A stretch of 64,000 nucleotides of DNA from Octopus sinensis (GCF_006345805.1 NC_043002.1:61194001-61258000); one strand, 5' to 3'; counted from the first letter of the stretch, positions 27,501 to 39,200 are shown. Notes: generated by a model not told the origin, from the sequence alone. A program made the numbers and translations.

Positions 27501-28168
27501 TTTTTTTGTTTCATTATCCTGGTTTGAAAATAATATTATTTACTTTCTGATACATATATATATACAAATATTTGTGTGTCTGTATTTCTCCCCACACCAT
27601 CGCTTGACAACCGATGTTACATTAAGTACTAGGATTACAAAGAATAAGGCCTGGGGTCGACTAGTTCCACTATAGGCGGTGATCCAGTATGAACGCAGTC
27701 AAAATGACTGAAACAGTAAAAACAATTATCTTTCAAAATTGAAAACCATTATTTTCATTGCCATTATGATTATTCTTTTGTTATTCATGTTGGATTAACA
27801 ATTTGCTACTTCAGTTTGGTAGTGTTATAGGAGAAAAACGCGATGTCATGCGTGCAGAGTGGATAAAGAAGATTTATATCGGTGTACGTTAGATAATGGG
27901 AAAGGGGTCGGACAGTGAAGCATCTCCACCCTACAGCTCTGGTAGAGGTAGTTTCTTTTCACTTTTAATTATATTCAGGAAGTGATTTTAGGGTTAAGTG
28001 CAAAGGGAGAGGATACCCAGTTATTTATAAATTTACTTCTTTGAGGGCCCCGTATATAACACCTTTAAATTCAAATGACCATAACAGAGAGACAATAAGT
28101 CTGAGATTCTACGATGGGGGATGAGAATGGAACAACACATGTAGCCAACATATCACTAAAGAAGTATA

Positions 28169-28390
28169 CAGTAATCCCTCGCCATATTGGGTTCATATAT
28201 CGCGATTCACCGATCGCGGATTATCGTTTCAGATTATGTTGATTTCTGCATAGTGGTGTTTTGCATTTATGATAAAGTAAATATATACAAATATTGAAAA
28301 ATAATTAAAAAATATATAGAATAGAGTGATATTTCTACTTCACGGATCTTCACCTATTGCAGGTGGTTTTGGAATGTAACAGCCGCGATA
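28169..28390 (+). mobile_element. Tigger/pogo-like MITE remnant
   Basis: TA-CAGTAATCCCTCG 5' terminus and ..GGTGGTTTTGGAATGTAAC..CCGCGATA subterminal sequence; 3' TIR missing. Confidence 0.55.
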
Positions 28391-28561
28391 TATTCATCAG
28401 ACACTAAAAAGCGTTCAATCAAAGATTATATGAAAGCAAAAAAAAGTAAAAGAAGGATTATGTTTATCATTTAAGTGCTTCATTCACCTGAAACCTTATA
28501 TATATATATATATATATATTTATACATATGGACATATGGATATATACATATACTTATATAT

Positions 28562-28645
<84 letters not shown>

Positions 28646-28699
28646 AGAGCAAAACGCCCCCCGTGCAATCAAAGATGCTGAGTTGTCAAACATTAAAAC

Positions 28700-29135
28700 C
28701 ATGGAGCTGACCACGGCAGCGATTATTCTTATATCTATAAGAATACCATATTAATATGGCGATAACAATTAATTTCCAGTAAACGCTGCCGTAATCTCTT
28801 TTATAGAGACTTAGTAATTTTAATATTTCTATTATTGAAAACAAGTGGATGTATTCCACTGAAACTAGGTAAATAGAAACCTTCGAACAGAGACGTCAGT
28901 GGCGACACCTGCGGCGTCTGACTGCGCTACATTGACAAGGGGCAATACCCCGAAACGCGTTTGTAGCTGTCGGACTGGCAGTGTGAAGCGGCTGACCTCC
29001 CTTGTTCGAAGGTTATAATGGATACACATCGTGTATCAATAGCTATCTTAAGGCGGTGGCCTCATGGAGCTGACCAGCGGCAGCGATTATTCTTATATCT
29101 ATAAGAATGCCATATTAATATGGCGATAACAATTA

Positions 29136-29137
<2 letters not shown>
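28700..29137 (+). mobile_element. Retrozyme-like non-autonomous element: 363-nt unit with ~74-nt terminal direct repeats and internal hammerhead
   Basis: CATGGAGCTGACCA..GATAACAATTAAT at 28700-28773 and 29063-29137; no ORF; multiple hairpins. Confidence 0.7.
28926..28967 (+). ncRNA. Minimal type I hammerhead ribozyme, U3-A8 core variant
   Basis: GCTACA-TTGACAA-GGGG(CAATA)CCCC-GAAA-CGCG-TT-TGTAGC: perfect 6-bp stem I, 4-bp stem II, palindromic ACGCGT stem III. Confidence 0.75.
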
Positions 29138-29167
<30 letters not shown>

Positions 29168-29175
29168 TATATATA

Positions 29176-29545
29176 TACAAGAGCAAAACACCCCCTCCCC
29201 CGTGCAATCAAAGATGCTGAGTTGTCAAACTTTAAAACCAAATTTTCTCAAAACAACCTGTCCGACCGACCCATAGGTCTCCCCTTTGAGAAATACTGAT
29301 TTAACCTAAATTTGAGACACCAGCGAAAGAAGAAATATAGATAGAATTTTTTTTCTATTCCACATAAAAATGATTTCCCACGGCTTCATCGATCGCATTC
29401 TCACCTGGAATAGATTTTTGTACTTTTTTCAACACTTATACACGCCCTGATACCGTCGGTATCTACATATCAAATTTGAGCGCAATCGGATGGAGGATGC
29501 TCGAGATCCTAGAAGGCACACTCAGAGAACGATTTCTATATTATA
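29176..29545 (+). mobile_element. Non-autonomous Helitron/Helentron-like (HINE/DINE-1-like) repeat
   Basis: Starts TACAAGAG in (TA)n and ends ..AAATTTGAGCGCAATCGGATG..ATTTCTATATTATATA. The 5' 59 bp recur at 28642-28700, and an internal ~225-bp segment recurs at 30515-30741 and 34269-34492. The class is inferred from termini. Confidence 0.55.
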
Positions 29546-29582
29546 TATGTATTTATATATATAATAATATATATATATATAT

Positions 29583-29630
<48 letters not shown>

Positions 29631-29810
29631 TTCCAAATATAGTAATGAGCGTAAAGTTTTGAAATATTTGTGTATCTCCTTTTATACATTTACTCTTTTA
29701 CTTGCTTCACCCATTTGACTGCGGCCATGCTGAAGCCCCGGTAAGTTATGGGAACGTAAACGCACCACGATCGGTTTTCAAGCGATGTCGGTGTGAGAAA
29801 CAGAGGCGCA

Positions 29811-29847
<37 letters not shown>

Positions 29848-30737
29848 GTACATATATATATATGACGGGTTTCTTTCAGTTTCCGCCTACCAAATCCGCT
29901 CACAGGTTTTTGGGCCGCCCGAGGCTATAGTAGAAGTCACCTACCCAAGGTGCCACGCAGTGGGAGTGCACCCGGAACTAAATAGTTGGTAAGCAAGCTA
30001 ATTTATTTCTTTATTATCGACAAGGGCTCAAACACAGAGGGGGGGGCGATACAAAACATACAAGGACAAAAGAGTGGAGTACATAAAACATACGAATGAA
30101 TTATATGAATTTGATGAAAATGAAAATGAAGTAGCTTACCCCCCCACAAAAATGCAGTTCCGCGTTTACTGTTTATACAACAATTAGCAGTCTATTTAAA
30201 ATAAACAATTTTTCTCAAAAAACTTTATTTCGTAATGAGTCCTTTATATTCCATCAGTACGGTTTCAATTCTTCGTATCCCACCACCAGAGGCATCTCGT
30301 CATATCGAACCTGCCGGTTGGTGACTATCATTTTTCTTACAAACTATATCTGTAATATTACACTTCTATCTCTTACTAATAAAAAAAAAGCCCTAAAATT
30401 ATCCTTAACTATCAATTTTACTTTTAAGTTCCTCATTTTCGCGACCTTTTCCTCAATTTCCACATATTTCTTGTAAATTATCAAGTTAGATATCACTCTA
30501 TTCTATATATTTTTGTCAAACATTAAAACCAAATTTTCTCAAAACAACTTGTCCGACCGACCCATAGGTCTCTCCTTTGAGAAATACTGATTTAACCTAA
30601 ATTTGAGACACCAGCGAAAGAAGAAATATAGATAGACTTTTTTTTCTATTCCACAGAAAAATGATTTCCCACGGCTTCATCGATCGCATTCTCACCTGGA
30701 ATCGATTTTTGTACTTTTATCAAGGCTTATACACGCC

Positions 30738-30775
<38 letters not shown>

Positions 30776-30776
<1 letters not shown>

Positions 30777-31560
30777 CTTTAAGTATTAGAAATAGCTGAA
30801 GAAATTTCTTTAGCTGCTATTTCTAATGAGTTCAGTATGTGGCAAAGTAATTTATTTTACTAAGCCCTTATATATAATGTAATATTTTGAATTCGCCTAT
30901 AATGGTCCCTTTACATACTGAATACTTGGTGAAATTGATTAATAATTAATTAATTTTACCCTCAATTGTTGAAATTATAATTCATCTCTCCCTGCTAAAT
31001 TCTACGTTAATACATGGTGCTTGTCAATTTTAACCCACGCTGGTGGAAGGGGGAGAGCAGAAATTCTTCGCTTGCATATTCGAATTTGATAGCACTTTTA
31101 GTCCGAGTAGAATTCTAGAGGTGATTAGAAGCCGAAAGGGTATGCTCCCGACTTCCAGTGTTCCCAAATCCGATTCAAGGAATTCTGAGCTGAAGAAAGA
31201 AATGTCGAATTGACTAATCTAGAAACGTACGTTCTCAAATAACCTTTGCACTTGATTTTTTAATGTTTTTTCCCCCATACTTTTGTGAGTTAGTTTAGGC
31301 AAACACTATCTGAGAGAGATCTTCTTTAAGTATTAGAAATAGCTGAAGAAATTTCTTTAGCTGCTATTTCTAATGAGTTCAGTATGTGGCAAAGTAATTT
31401 ATTTTACTAAGCCCTTATATATAATGTAATATTTTGAATTCGCCTATAATGGTCCCTTTACATACTGAATACTTGGTGAAATTGATTAATAATTAATTAA
31501 TTTTACCCTCAATTGTTGAAATTATAATTCATCTCTCCCTGCTAAATTCTACGTTAATAC
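30776..31560 (+). mobile_element. Retrozyme/Penelope-like non-autonomous element: 547-nt unit with 238-nt apparently identical terminal direct repeats
   Basis: 30776-31013 matches 31323-31560; flanked by (TA)n on both sides; hammerhead in the unique middle. Confidence 0.75.
31182..31240 (+). ncRNA. Type I hammerhead ribozyme motif
   Basis: ATTCTGAG-CTGAAGA-AAGA.AAT.GTC(GAATT)GAC.TAA.TCTA-GAAA-CGTACG-TT-CTCAAAT. Canonical core and palindromic stem III, with an A.A mismatch at the base of stem II. Confidence 0.65.
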
Positions 31561-31588
31561 TAATATATATATATATTATATATATATA

Positions 31589-31627
<39 letters not shown>

Positions 31628-32220
31628 TAGTATTAAATATTTCCATGTATCTGCTGAAACACCGATACGTGCTGCAAACAAATGAAGTGAAATTTTGAAA
31701 TCGGCATGAAAAATTAGTCTAACAAATTTACATTGCATTTATAATGAGTATAATACATTTAAATACATTGACCAGTGCTCTGGTTTCGATGATGATGATG
31801 ATGATGATGATGACGATGATGATGACAACAACCACAACGAAGACGATGACCACGACGACGACAACGATAACAATAACTACGGTGTTTGCCAAGATGATGA
31901 TGGTGATGACCATGACCGTTCTAATAGCGCATTAGTAACGCCATTAGCGTGTTCAATACGTTCATGCTCGCGTAATGTAATATGTTAATATTGTTTAATA
32001 AAATGGATGTATACAAAGGAACAGTGTGAAACATAGTATCATTGCCGATTGTAGGCAATAATTAGTCTTCGCTGAAAGAAGTGTAAACAGAAGACTTTAG
32101 TAACATGCGCATAATAATGTAATAAGGAACGAAAGGTAGTAAGGGTCGGAAGAAAGATAGACAGAGGATAGCAAAGTAGGAGGGAGGAGAAACGGAAGAT
32201 AAAGAAGATCGTAAAGGAAT

Positions 32221-32258
<38 letters not shown>

Positions 32259-32404
32259 GGAACAGAATGTAGAGTCGCATAAATTATATATGAAAGTAAA
32301 AACTTACTCTGGACAAGGCTGCGTGGCGTTCGATTATAAATGAATAGATATAAAATGTATGATGTTCAGGAGATCAACAACGAGTGAAAAATATGTAAAC
32401 ACAT

Positions 32405-32802
32405 ACTTTTCTACTCTAGGCACAAAGCCTGAAATTTGGGGAGAGGGGGACACTCGATTACATTGACCCCAGTATGCAACTGGTATTAAATTTATCGACC
32501 CCGAAAAGATGAAGTGCAAAGTCGATCTCGGCGGAATTTGAACTCAGAACGTAAAGACTGACGAAATACCTATGTCTTTACTATCCACAAGGGGCTAAAC
32601 ACAGAGGGGACATACAAGAACTGACAAAAGGATTAATTTAATTACATCGACCGCAGTCGGTTACTGGTACTTATTTAATCTACCCCGAAAGGATGAAAAG
32701 CAACGTCGACATCGGCGGAATTTGAATTCAGAACGAAACGGCAGACGAAATACCGCTAAGCATTTCACCCGGCGTGCTAACGTTTCTGCCAGCTCACCGC
32801 CT
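32405..32802 (-). mobile_element. Two tandem Nin-like SINE copies
   Basis: Two successive CCCCGAAA.GATGAA..GTCGA..TCGGCGGAATTTGAA.TCAGAACG blocks. Confidence 0.8.
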
Positions 32803-33082
32803 TGAAAAGTCCGTAAAACAAGACAGGTATACTTCATAAAACAGCAGCATACAGAAATTTTAAAAAAACTAAATTTCTAGAAAGTTAGAGCTTCGAACGA
32901 ACAAACAACTGCTGTTTTATGAAGTATACCTGTATTTTGTTTCTCAGTATGTTTTACGGACTTTTGAAGGCGGTGATCTGGCAGAAACGTTAGCACGTCG
33001 GGTGAAATGCTTAGCGGTATTTCGTCTGCCGTTTCGTTCTGAATTCAAATTCCGCCGATGTCGACGTTGCTTTTCATCCTTT
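32688..33082. repeat. Local inverted duplication (arms ~160-175 bp, spacer ~60 bp)
   Basis: 32688-32847 is the near-perfect reverse complement of 32909-33082, including non-SINE flank. Confidence 0.9.
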
Positions 33083-33100
33083 TTTTGTAAATTCCAACTA

Positions 33101-33921
33101 TTGGAATGTCCGGAAAGTTCGTGCCGATTTATAGGAGCTTACCTTTCGACTTATTTTAGAACATGGCTGAGTCCATAGAATAGGGTTTGACTACACCTCC
33201 ATTTAGAGCACAGTTTAAGCTATCTTTTCCAGGAAGAAAGTGTATGTTCCTATAAGCTGTGTTCATTCTGTAACCCTTTAAAATGGAAGATAAGAAAGTT
33301 CATTTTCGGCACCTGATGCTTTGAGAACCAGACAAAATTTGCAGCAGCTCGGCTGGGATGTGTTACCCCCCACCTCCATATTCACCAGATATTGCTCCTT
33401 CGGATTTCCACTAATTCATGGTATATATATATATATATATATATATGGGAACTATATGACGTTGGGAACTATATGACGTCAGTGAAAAATGCAAGTGAGA
33501 CAGCTAAGCTGAGCTGATATAAACCCAAACAATTCACAAAATTCACCAGACACCAACCAAAAATCATTACAGTTGCTCCCATTGGAACACAAGGTAAAAT
33601 CTAAAATGAATTCCTCGCTTTTTCAAGAACATGAATTTTTTTATATTTGACTCTATTGAATGCATATCACCACTATGAACTCGCTTTACTATATATGAAT
33701 TTTTTATGTTTGACTCTATTGAATATTATATATGGATTTTTTATATTTGATAGCATGAACTATCTTTCTTATATATAATTTTTTTTTGATAAGTGTCGTC
33801 ATTTCAAGAACCGAAACATGTTAAATAAATAATGTATATATAAAAATTAAAATTTGTCTAATATAGCAGCATTTCAAACTTCATTTTTTACAAATATACC
33901 CACTCGTATACGAGCTAATCT

Positions 33922-33993
<72 letters not shown>

Positions 33994-33996
33994 GTA

Positions 33997-34046
<50 letters not shown>

Positions 34047-34492
34047 AAAAGCAATAAAGATTCAAGTTAATTTAAATGAATTTACTTGAATATGGTACCT
34101 AACTTAGATGCACCAAAAAAAAACTATACTGTTTTAACAATACAGTAATGTGGGGTGATTATAAGCGAGAAAGAAGCAACAAGAATGGATAGGTTTTTAG
34201 TACAATCGTTTCATACAAGGACAGGCTTTATTAAATGTTGCAAAAATTACAGCATATAAACGTGTCCCGTCAAACATTAAAACCAAATTTTCTCAAAACA
34301 ACTTGTCCGACCGACCCATAGGTCTCTCCTTTGAGAAATACTGATTTAACCTAAATTTGAGACACCAGCGAAAGAAGAAATATAGATAGACTTTTTTTTC
34401 TATTCCACAGAAAAATGATTTCCCACGGCTTCATCGATCGCATTCTCACCTGGAATCGATTTTTGTATTTTATCAAGGTTATACACGCCCTG

Positions 34493-34526
<34 letters not shown>

Positions 34527-34530
34527 TATA

Positions 34531-34578
<48 letters not shown>

Positions 34579-34579
34579 A

Positions 34580-34621
<42 letters not shown>

Positions 34622-35209
34622 TTATGTATATATGTATATATATATATATATATATTATATAATATATATCATTTACACATTCATATTTATGAAATCATTA
34701 ATGTAATAAATGAGGATATATGGACTACACCTCCATTTAGAGCACAGTTTAAGCTTTCTTTTCCATGAAGAAGGTGTGTGTTCCTATAAGCTTTGTTAAT
34801 TCTGTAACCCTTTAAAATGGAAGATAAGAAAGTTCATTTTCGGCACCTGATGCTTTGAGAACCAGACAAAATTTGCAGCAGCTCGGCTGGGATGTGTTAG
34901 CCCCCCCCCCTCCATATTCACCAGATATTGCTCCTTCGGGTTTCCACTAATTCAAGTCTCTGCAGAATAGTCTTAATGGTAAAAATTTCAACTCCTTGGA
35001 TGACGTAAAAATATACCATGTTGTATTCTTTGCCATGAAACCACCTCAATTCTGGGAAGAGGGTATTTTCAAGTTAAAGGAAAGATGGAGATGCATTGTG
35101 CAACAAAATGGTTCATATTCATATTTGGTTGATTAAAAATATAACTGCAAGTATTTATTGACCTTTTTCTTTCCTTTAAAAATCGGCACCAACTTTCCGG
35201 ACAACCCAA
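33101..35209 (+). mobile_element. Internally deleted mariner element(s) bounded by TIRs
   Basis: TA-TTGGAATGTCCGGAAAGTTCGTGCCGATTT and AAAATCGGCACCAACTTTCCGGACAACCCAA-TA. Transposase remnants MEDKKVHFRHLML and QLGWDVL..PPYSPDIAPS occur twice; FWEEGIFKLKERWRCIVQQNGSY lies near the 3' end. Confidence 0.85.
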
Positions 35210-35547
35210 TATATATATATATATATATATATATGCATTAACATACACACACTCACACACACATTCACATACCCACACGCACACATGCTCATATGTATAT
35301 ATATATATATATATATAAAGATAGATAGATAGATAGATACGTAGATAAATAGATACATTTAAACTAAATAGATCCGTAGGTTGGTGACTTCAAGAAACAT
35401 AAGAGCTTACAAAGGAATTACAAACCTACAAAAATAAACATATACACATGTTCACATATAAGCAGATGTAATTAGCAAGTGCAAAAAGATATATAACTGC
35501 AGTTGCAAATATTATGCAAATGACTACTTACCTTATGGAATAAAGTA

Positions 35548-36480
35548 TTAAGTATTTCTGTCATGCAAAATATAGAGAGTCTGTCTGGCCCCTGAAGGCC
35601 TTCGGAAGAATGTTCTTTTGAAACTTTCGCGAAACGCTTTGTTTGTAATCATATTACAAACAAAGTTGAAACAGTTGTTAATCAGCGCAAATGTACTTAG
35701 CAGGATAAGAGTCTCGAAATTTATGTAAAATTCTTTATTATTCTGCGTTATTATAAAGAGAAAAATTGACATCGGGAATGTTGTCAGAAGAAATAAAACA
35801 TTCATGGCAATTACAACACGAATTGTTGTCATTCTCCGTGATAAGACGTTGTGTTGAATCTGTTGACCGAGATTTGGTCGGTGGAGTAACTTATAAATCA
35901 AAGCTACAGAACTGGCGAATAAAATTCCTGCAGGCATGAATGAATACATCAAGAATGATATGCGAAAATTATGCGCTATATTATTTTCCAGTAGTGCAAT
36001 TAATAAATTCGTTATAAATATACAAATCAGAAGAACAAACATAACAGCGAACGGTTTGTAAGTATTAGTAAAACGTAGTTGGGAAAATGGAGCACAAATT
36101 GCTATCAAACGTTCCAGCGATATAACCACCACTAACCACGAGGAATACATGTCAAGAGAGAAAGAAATTCTGTTCAAAATTGGATAATCAAACAACGCGC
36201 TGGCTGAGGCGAAATTTTGATGAATAAAACTATAACTTAAATATCTGATGGACCCTGTCAAGACAATGCTCAAATCTACAAACCCCAAACAAATAAAATA
36301 TGGAGCAGCTTTGTAATGACGCATTTCCTTTCTGCAGAATATTGCAATAACAGCTAAATTATTGAAAGTTCCTAATGTCAGTAATGTTATGGAAATATAC
36401 CGTATAGAAAGAATTGTAGAAGTGTTTGAATGATTTGAAATCAATTTAGCGTTGAACATTTGGGAGTTGTATATATCCAT
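35548..36480 (-). CDS. Single-ORF class A (rhodopsin-like) GPCR, FMRFamide-receptor-like / putative chemoreceptor, 310 aa
   Basis: Uninterrupted ATG-TAA ORF with seven hydrophobic segments: TM1 LGTFNNL, TM2 YFICLGFVDL, TM3 SSWLVVVISLERLIAICAPF, TM5 YSFMPAGIL, TM6 FLLTTFP, TM7 NNCFNFVCN, helix 8 KAFRESF. N-terminal N-glycosylation sequons (NHS, NTS). Confidence 0.92.
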   Translation of the reverse strand: MDIYNSQMFNAKLISNHSNTSTILSIRYISITLLTLGTFNNLAVIAIFCRKEMRHYKAAPYFICLGFVDLSIVLTGSIRYLSYSFIHQNFASASALFDYPILNRISFSLDMYSSWLVVVISLERLIAICAPFSQLRFTNTYKPFAVMFVLLICIFITNLLIALLENNIAHNFRISFLMYSFMPAGILFASSVALIYKLLHRPNLGQQIQHNVLSRRMTTIRVVIAMNVLFLLTTFPMSIFLFIITQNNKEFYINFETLILLSTFALINNCFNFVCNMITNKAFRESFKRTFFRRPSGARQTLYILHDRNT

Positions 36481-37541
36481 GTTGATGCCTGTATAATAAT
36501 TCGGCGGGAACTGTGTAAGATTAAATGAAATGTTAACTAACTGCTATTTATGAATTTATATTGCAAGAATAATACAATATATATTTCTCGATCAATATAG
36601 ATATCCTTATATATCTATGTCTGTCTGTCTGTCTGTCTATCTAATTTACATGAGAGCAACAATGTCGGAGTTGAAATGTGTCGAAAATTGTTTTGTTTCG
36701 CTTATTTGAAAAACAGCATTTTCAATTGATTTATAAACTTGGATTCGCTTATACTTTCTCCATTCTCTTTTTTTCTCGAAGTTAAATCATGCTTATCTTA
36801 CTAAGCGCACGTGAAATTGAATTAGAAATATTTGAAAATACGCTTAATAAAATATTTAATCCCTCTTTTGATGTCACCGTCATTTAGAAATAACAATCTG
36901 GAAATGCAATTAAAGTCTAATTACTAATTGTGAAGTATATACATATATCTTATTTTCACTGAATTTTATACCAATAAATGTTCCAGCAATGCAATTTTCA
37001 AACCAAAGATTTTAGCAGTGTAGGCTTCATTAGGGAGATTCTACTTATTATACTAGAGTTCTTAATGTGTTGGCTATGTAAAACAAAATATATATGATTT
37101 TTTTTCAGTAGAAGAGATGACGAAATCTATTTAACTTATACATTAAATCCAGGTGTATGATTTGATAAGAGATGAGAGACAATTAACTAATACGATACAA
37201 AATTATGAATTTCAATCTTAACTCATCCATTTATACTCACTGCTACAATCTAGATACGAAACGAGCTGTTAACCGCGTTTGCATATATATACTATACATA
37301 TATATATATACATACATATATATATATATTTATATATATATACATATATATAATATTATATATACGTATGCACACACATATATATATATATAATATACAT
37401 ATATATATATACATATATATATACATATATGTATATATATATATATATACATATATAATAGACATAATAGTATGTATATATATATATATACATATATATC
37501 TATATATATTGTATAACTATATATATGTATATATGTATATA

Positions 37542-37603
<62 letters not shown>

Positions 37604-38902
37604 GGTATATGTTATATATATACATATATATGTATATATATGTATACGTATATATGTATATATATATATAAATACACACACCCATATCTGTATATATATA
37701 TATGTCTGTGGGTGTGTATATATGTATACACACATATGTATATAAATGCATATATACCTGTATATGTGCGTGTGTGAGTTTGTAAATGTGTATGCTCTTG
37801 TGTGTATAGATTGATAAAATTAATGACTACCTGCCAATATTAAACATTAATCTTTTTTCCTTTGTTTTCTCTCAGCATACACAAATAATCCCATATATAT
37901 CTCGAGGATAGGGTTTCTTCCATTGGGCGTTTGTATACATTTGTGCCTTGCATCATCAGCTTATTATATTACGCAAACATCTTCTAATTGAACATATGTA
38001 TGTCATTAAAATATCACGACGGCTAAAAACCAACACCACCGCCACCAGCATCAGTGATCACCATCACCGCTACAACCACCACCATCACATCCACCACCAC
38101 CACCACCACCACCGCCATTATCATCGTCATCATCATCCTTAACACCAACATCACTACCATTCCCACCACCGAAACATCATCATGGTCGTCATCATCATCA
38201 CAATTATTTTGATAACTCGAAAAATATCATGTTCATTTATGCAGCAAGGAAGGATGTGGGCTTGAGGTTTGGGGGTCAACACAGCAGCCGAAATCTGAAG
38301 AATAACTGTAAGGATTAGTATTAACGTATTAATCATTCTGTCGCGCACCTAACCAACCCTCTGTTTTACTTTGTGTAAATTTACTCTCTCATTACTGGTA
38401 CCATTAATGCAACATCCGCCAGCACTAATATGTAGACGTGCATAATTGCCAGAGGTCTAACGATATCAGTTTAGACCATTTTATTTTATAAATATTTTTA
38501 TTATTATTTTTCCTCCTAAATATTCCTTCTAAAAATATTACAGCAGTGAAAATGCTAAAATGGAATTATTCCCAAATCTGGTTCCCAAAACGTTTGTCGC
38601 TGAATAACTGTTATATAATATTTAAAGGTAACAGATTATATACTGTGTCATGATTCATCGATTGCAGTTAAAAAATGATAAAATTAAGTCCGCTATTAGA
38701 AATACGAGGCCATGATGGAGCACCGCTTGTAGTTGAACAAATCGACCCAGGACCTATTCTTTGTAGGCCTAGTTATTATTCTATCGATATCTTTTTGATG
38801 AACCGCTAATTTAGAGAGACGGAAATACACCGATATCGGTTGTCAATCGATGCTGGAGGGACAATATAGACACTCAAACGCACACACGCACACACAGATA
38901 TA

Positions 38903-38940
<38 letters not shown>

Positions 38941-39009
38941 TAATTATATATATATATATATATGATCAAAATAAGCAACAAGGATATCCTTCTATATCTA
39001 AGAGAAGAG

Positions 39010-39200
39010 GAATTATGTAAATTATTTACATTATTTAAAACTGACAGATATTTGTCCTCATCTTGTTTGTTGATTGAAAACCCAGTTTCGAAATTCCCGC
39101 ACGACATCTGATGAAGGTTGGAGGGTATATCAGACGAAAAGTTGTTTTAAGAACAAGCAAGATGAGGACAAATATCCGTTAATTGTAAGTAATGTAAATA
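39010..39200. mobile_element. Palindromic copy of the hammerhead-bearing Penelope-like repeat end
   Basis: GATATTTGTCCTCATCTTG pairs with CAAGATGAGGACAAATATC. Decayed hammerhead GACAT-CTGATGA-AGGTTG..CAGAC-GAAA at 39103-39148. Confidence 0.7.
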
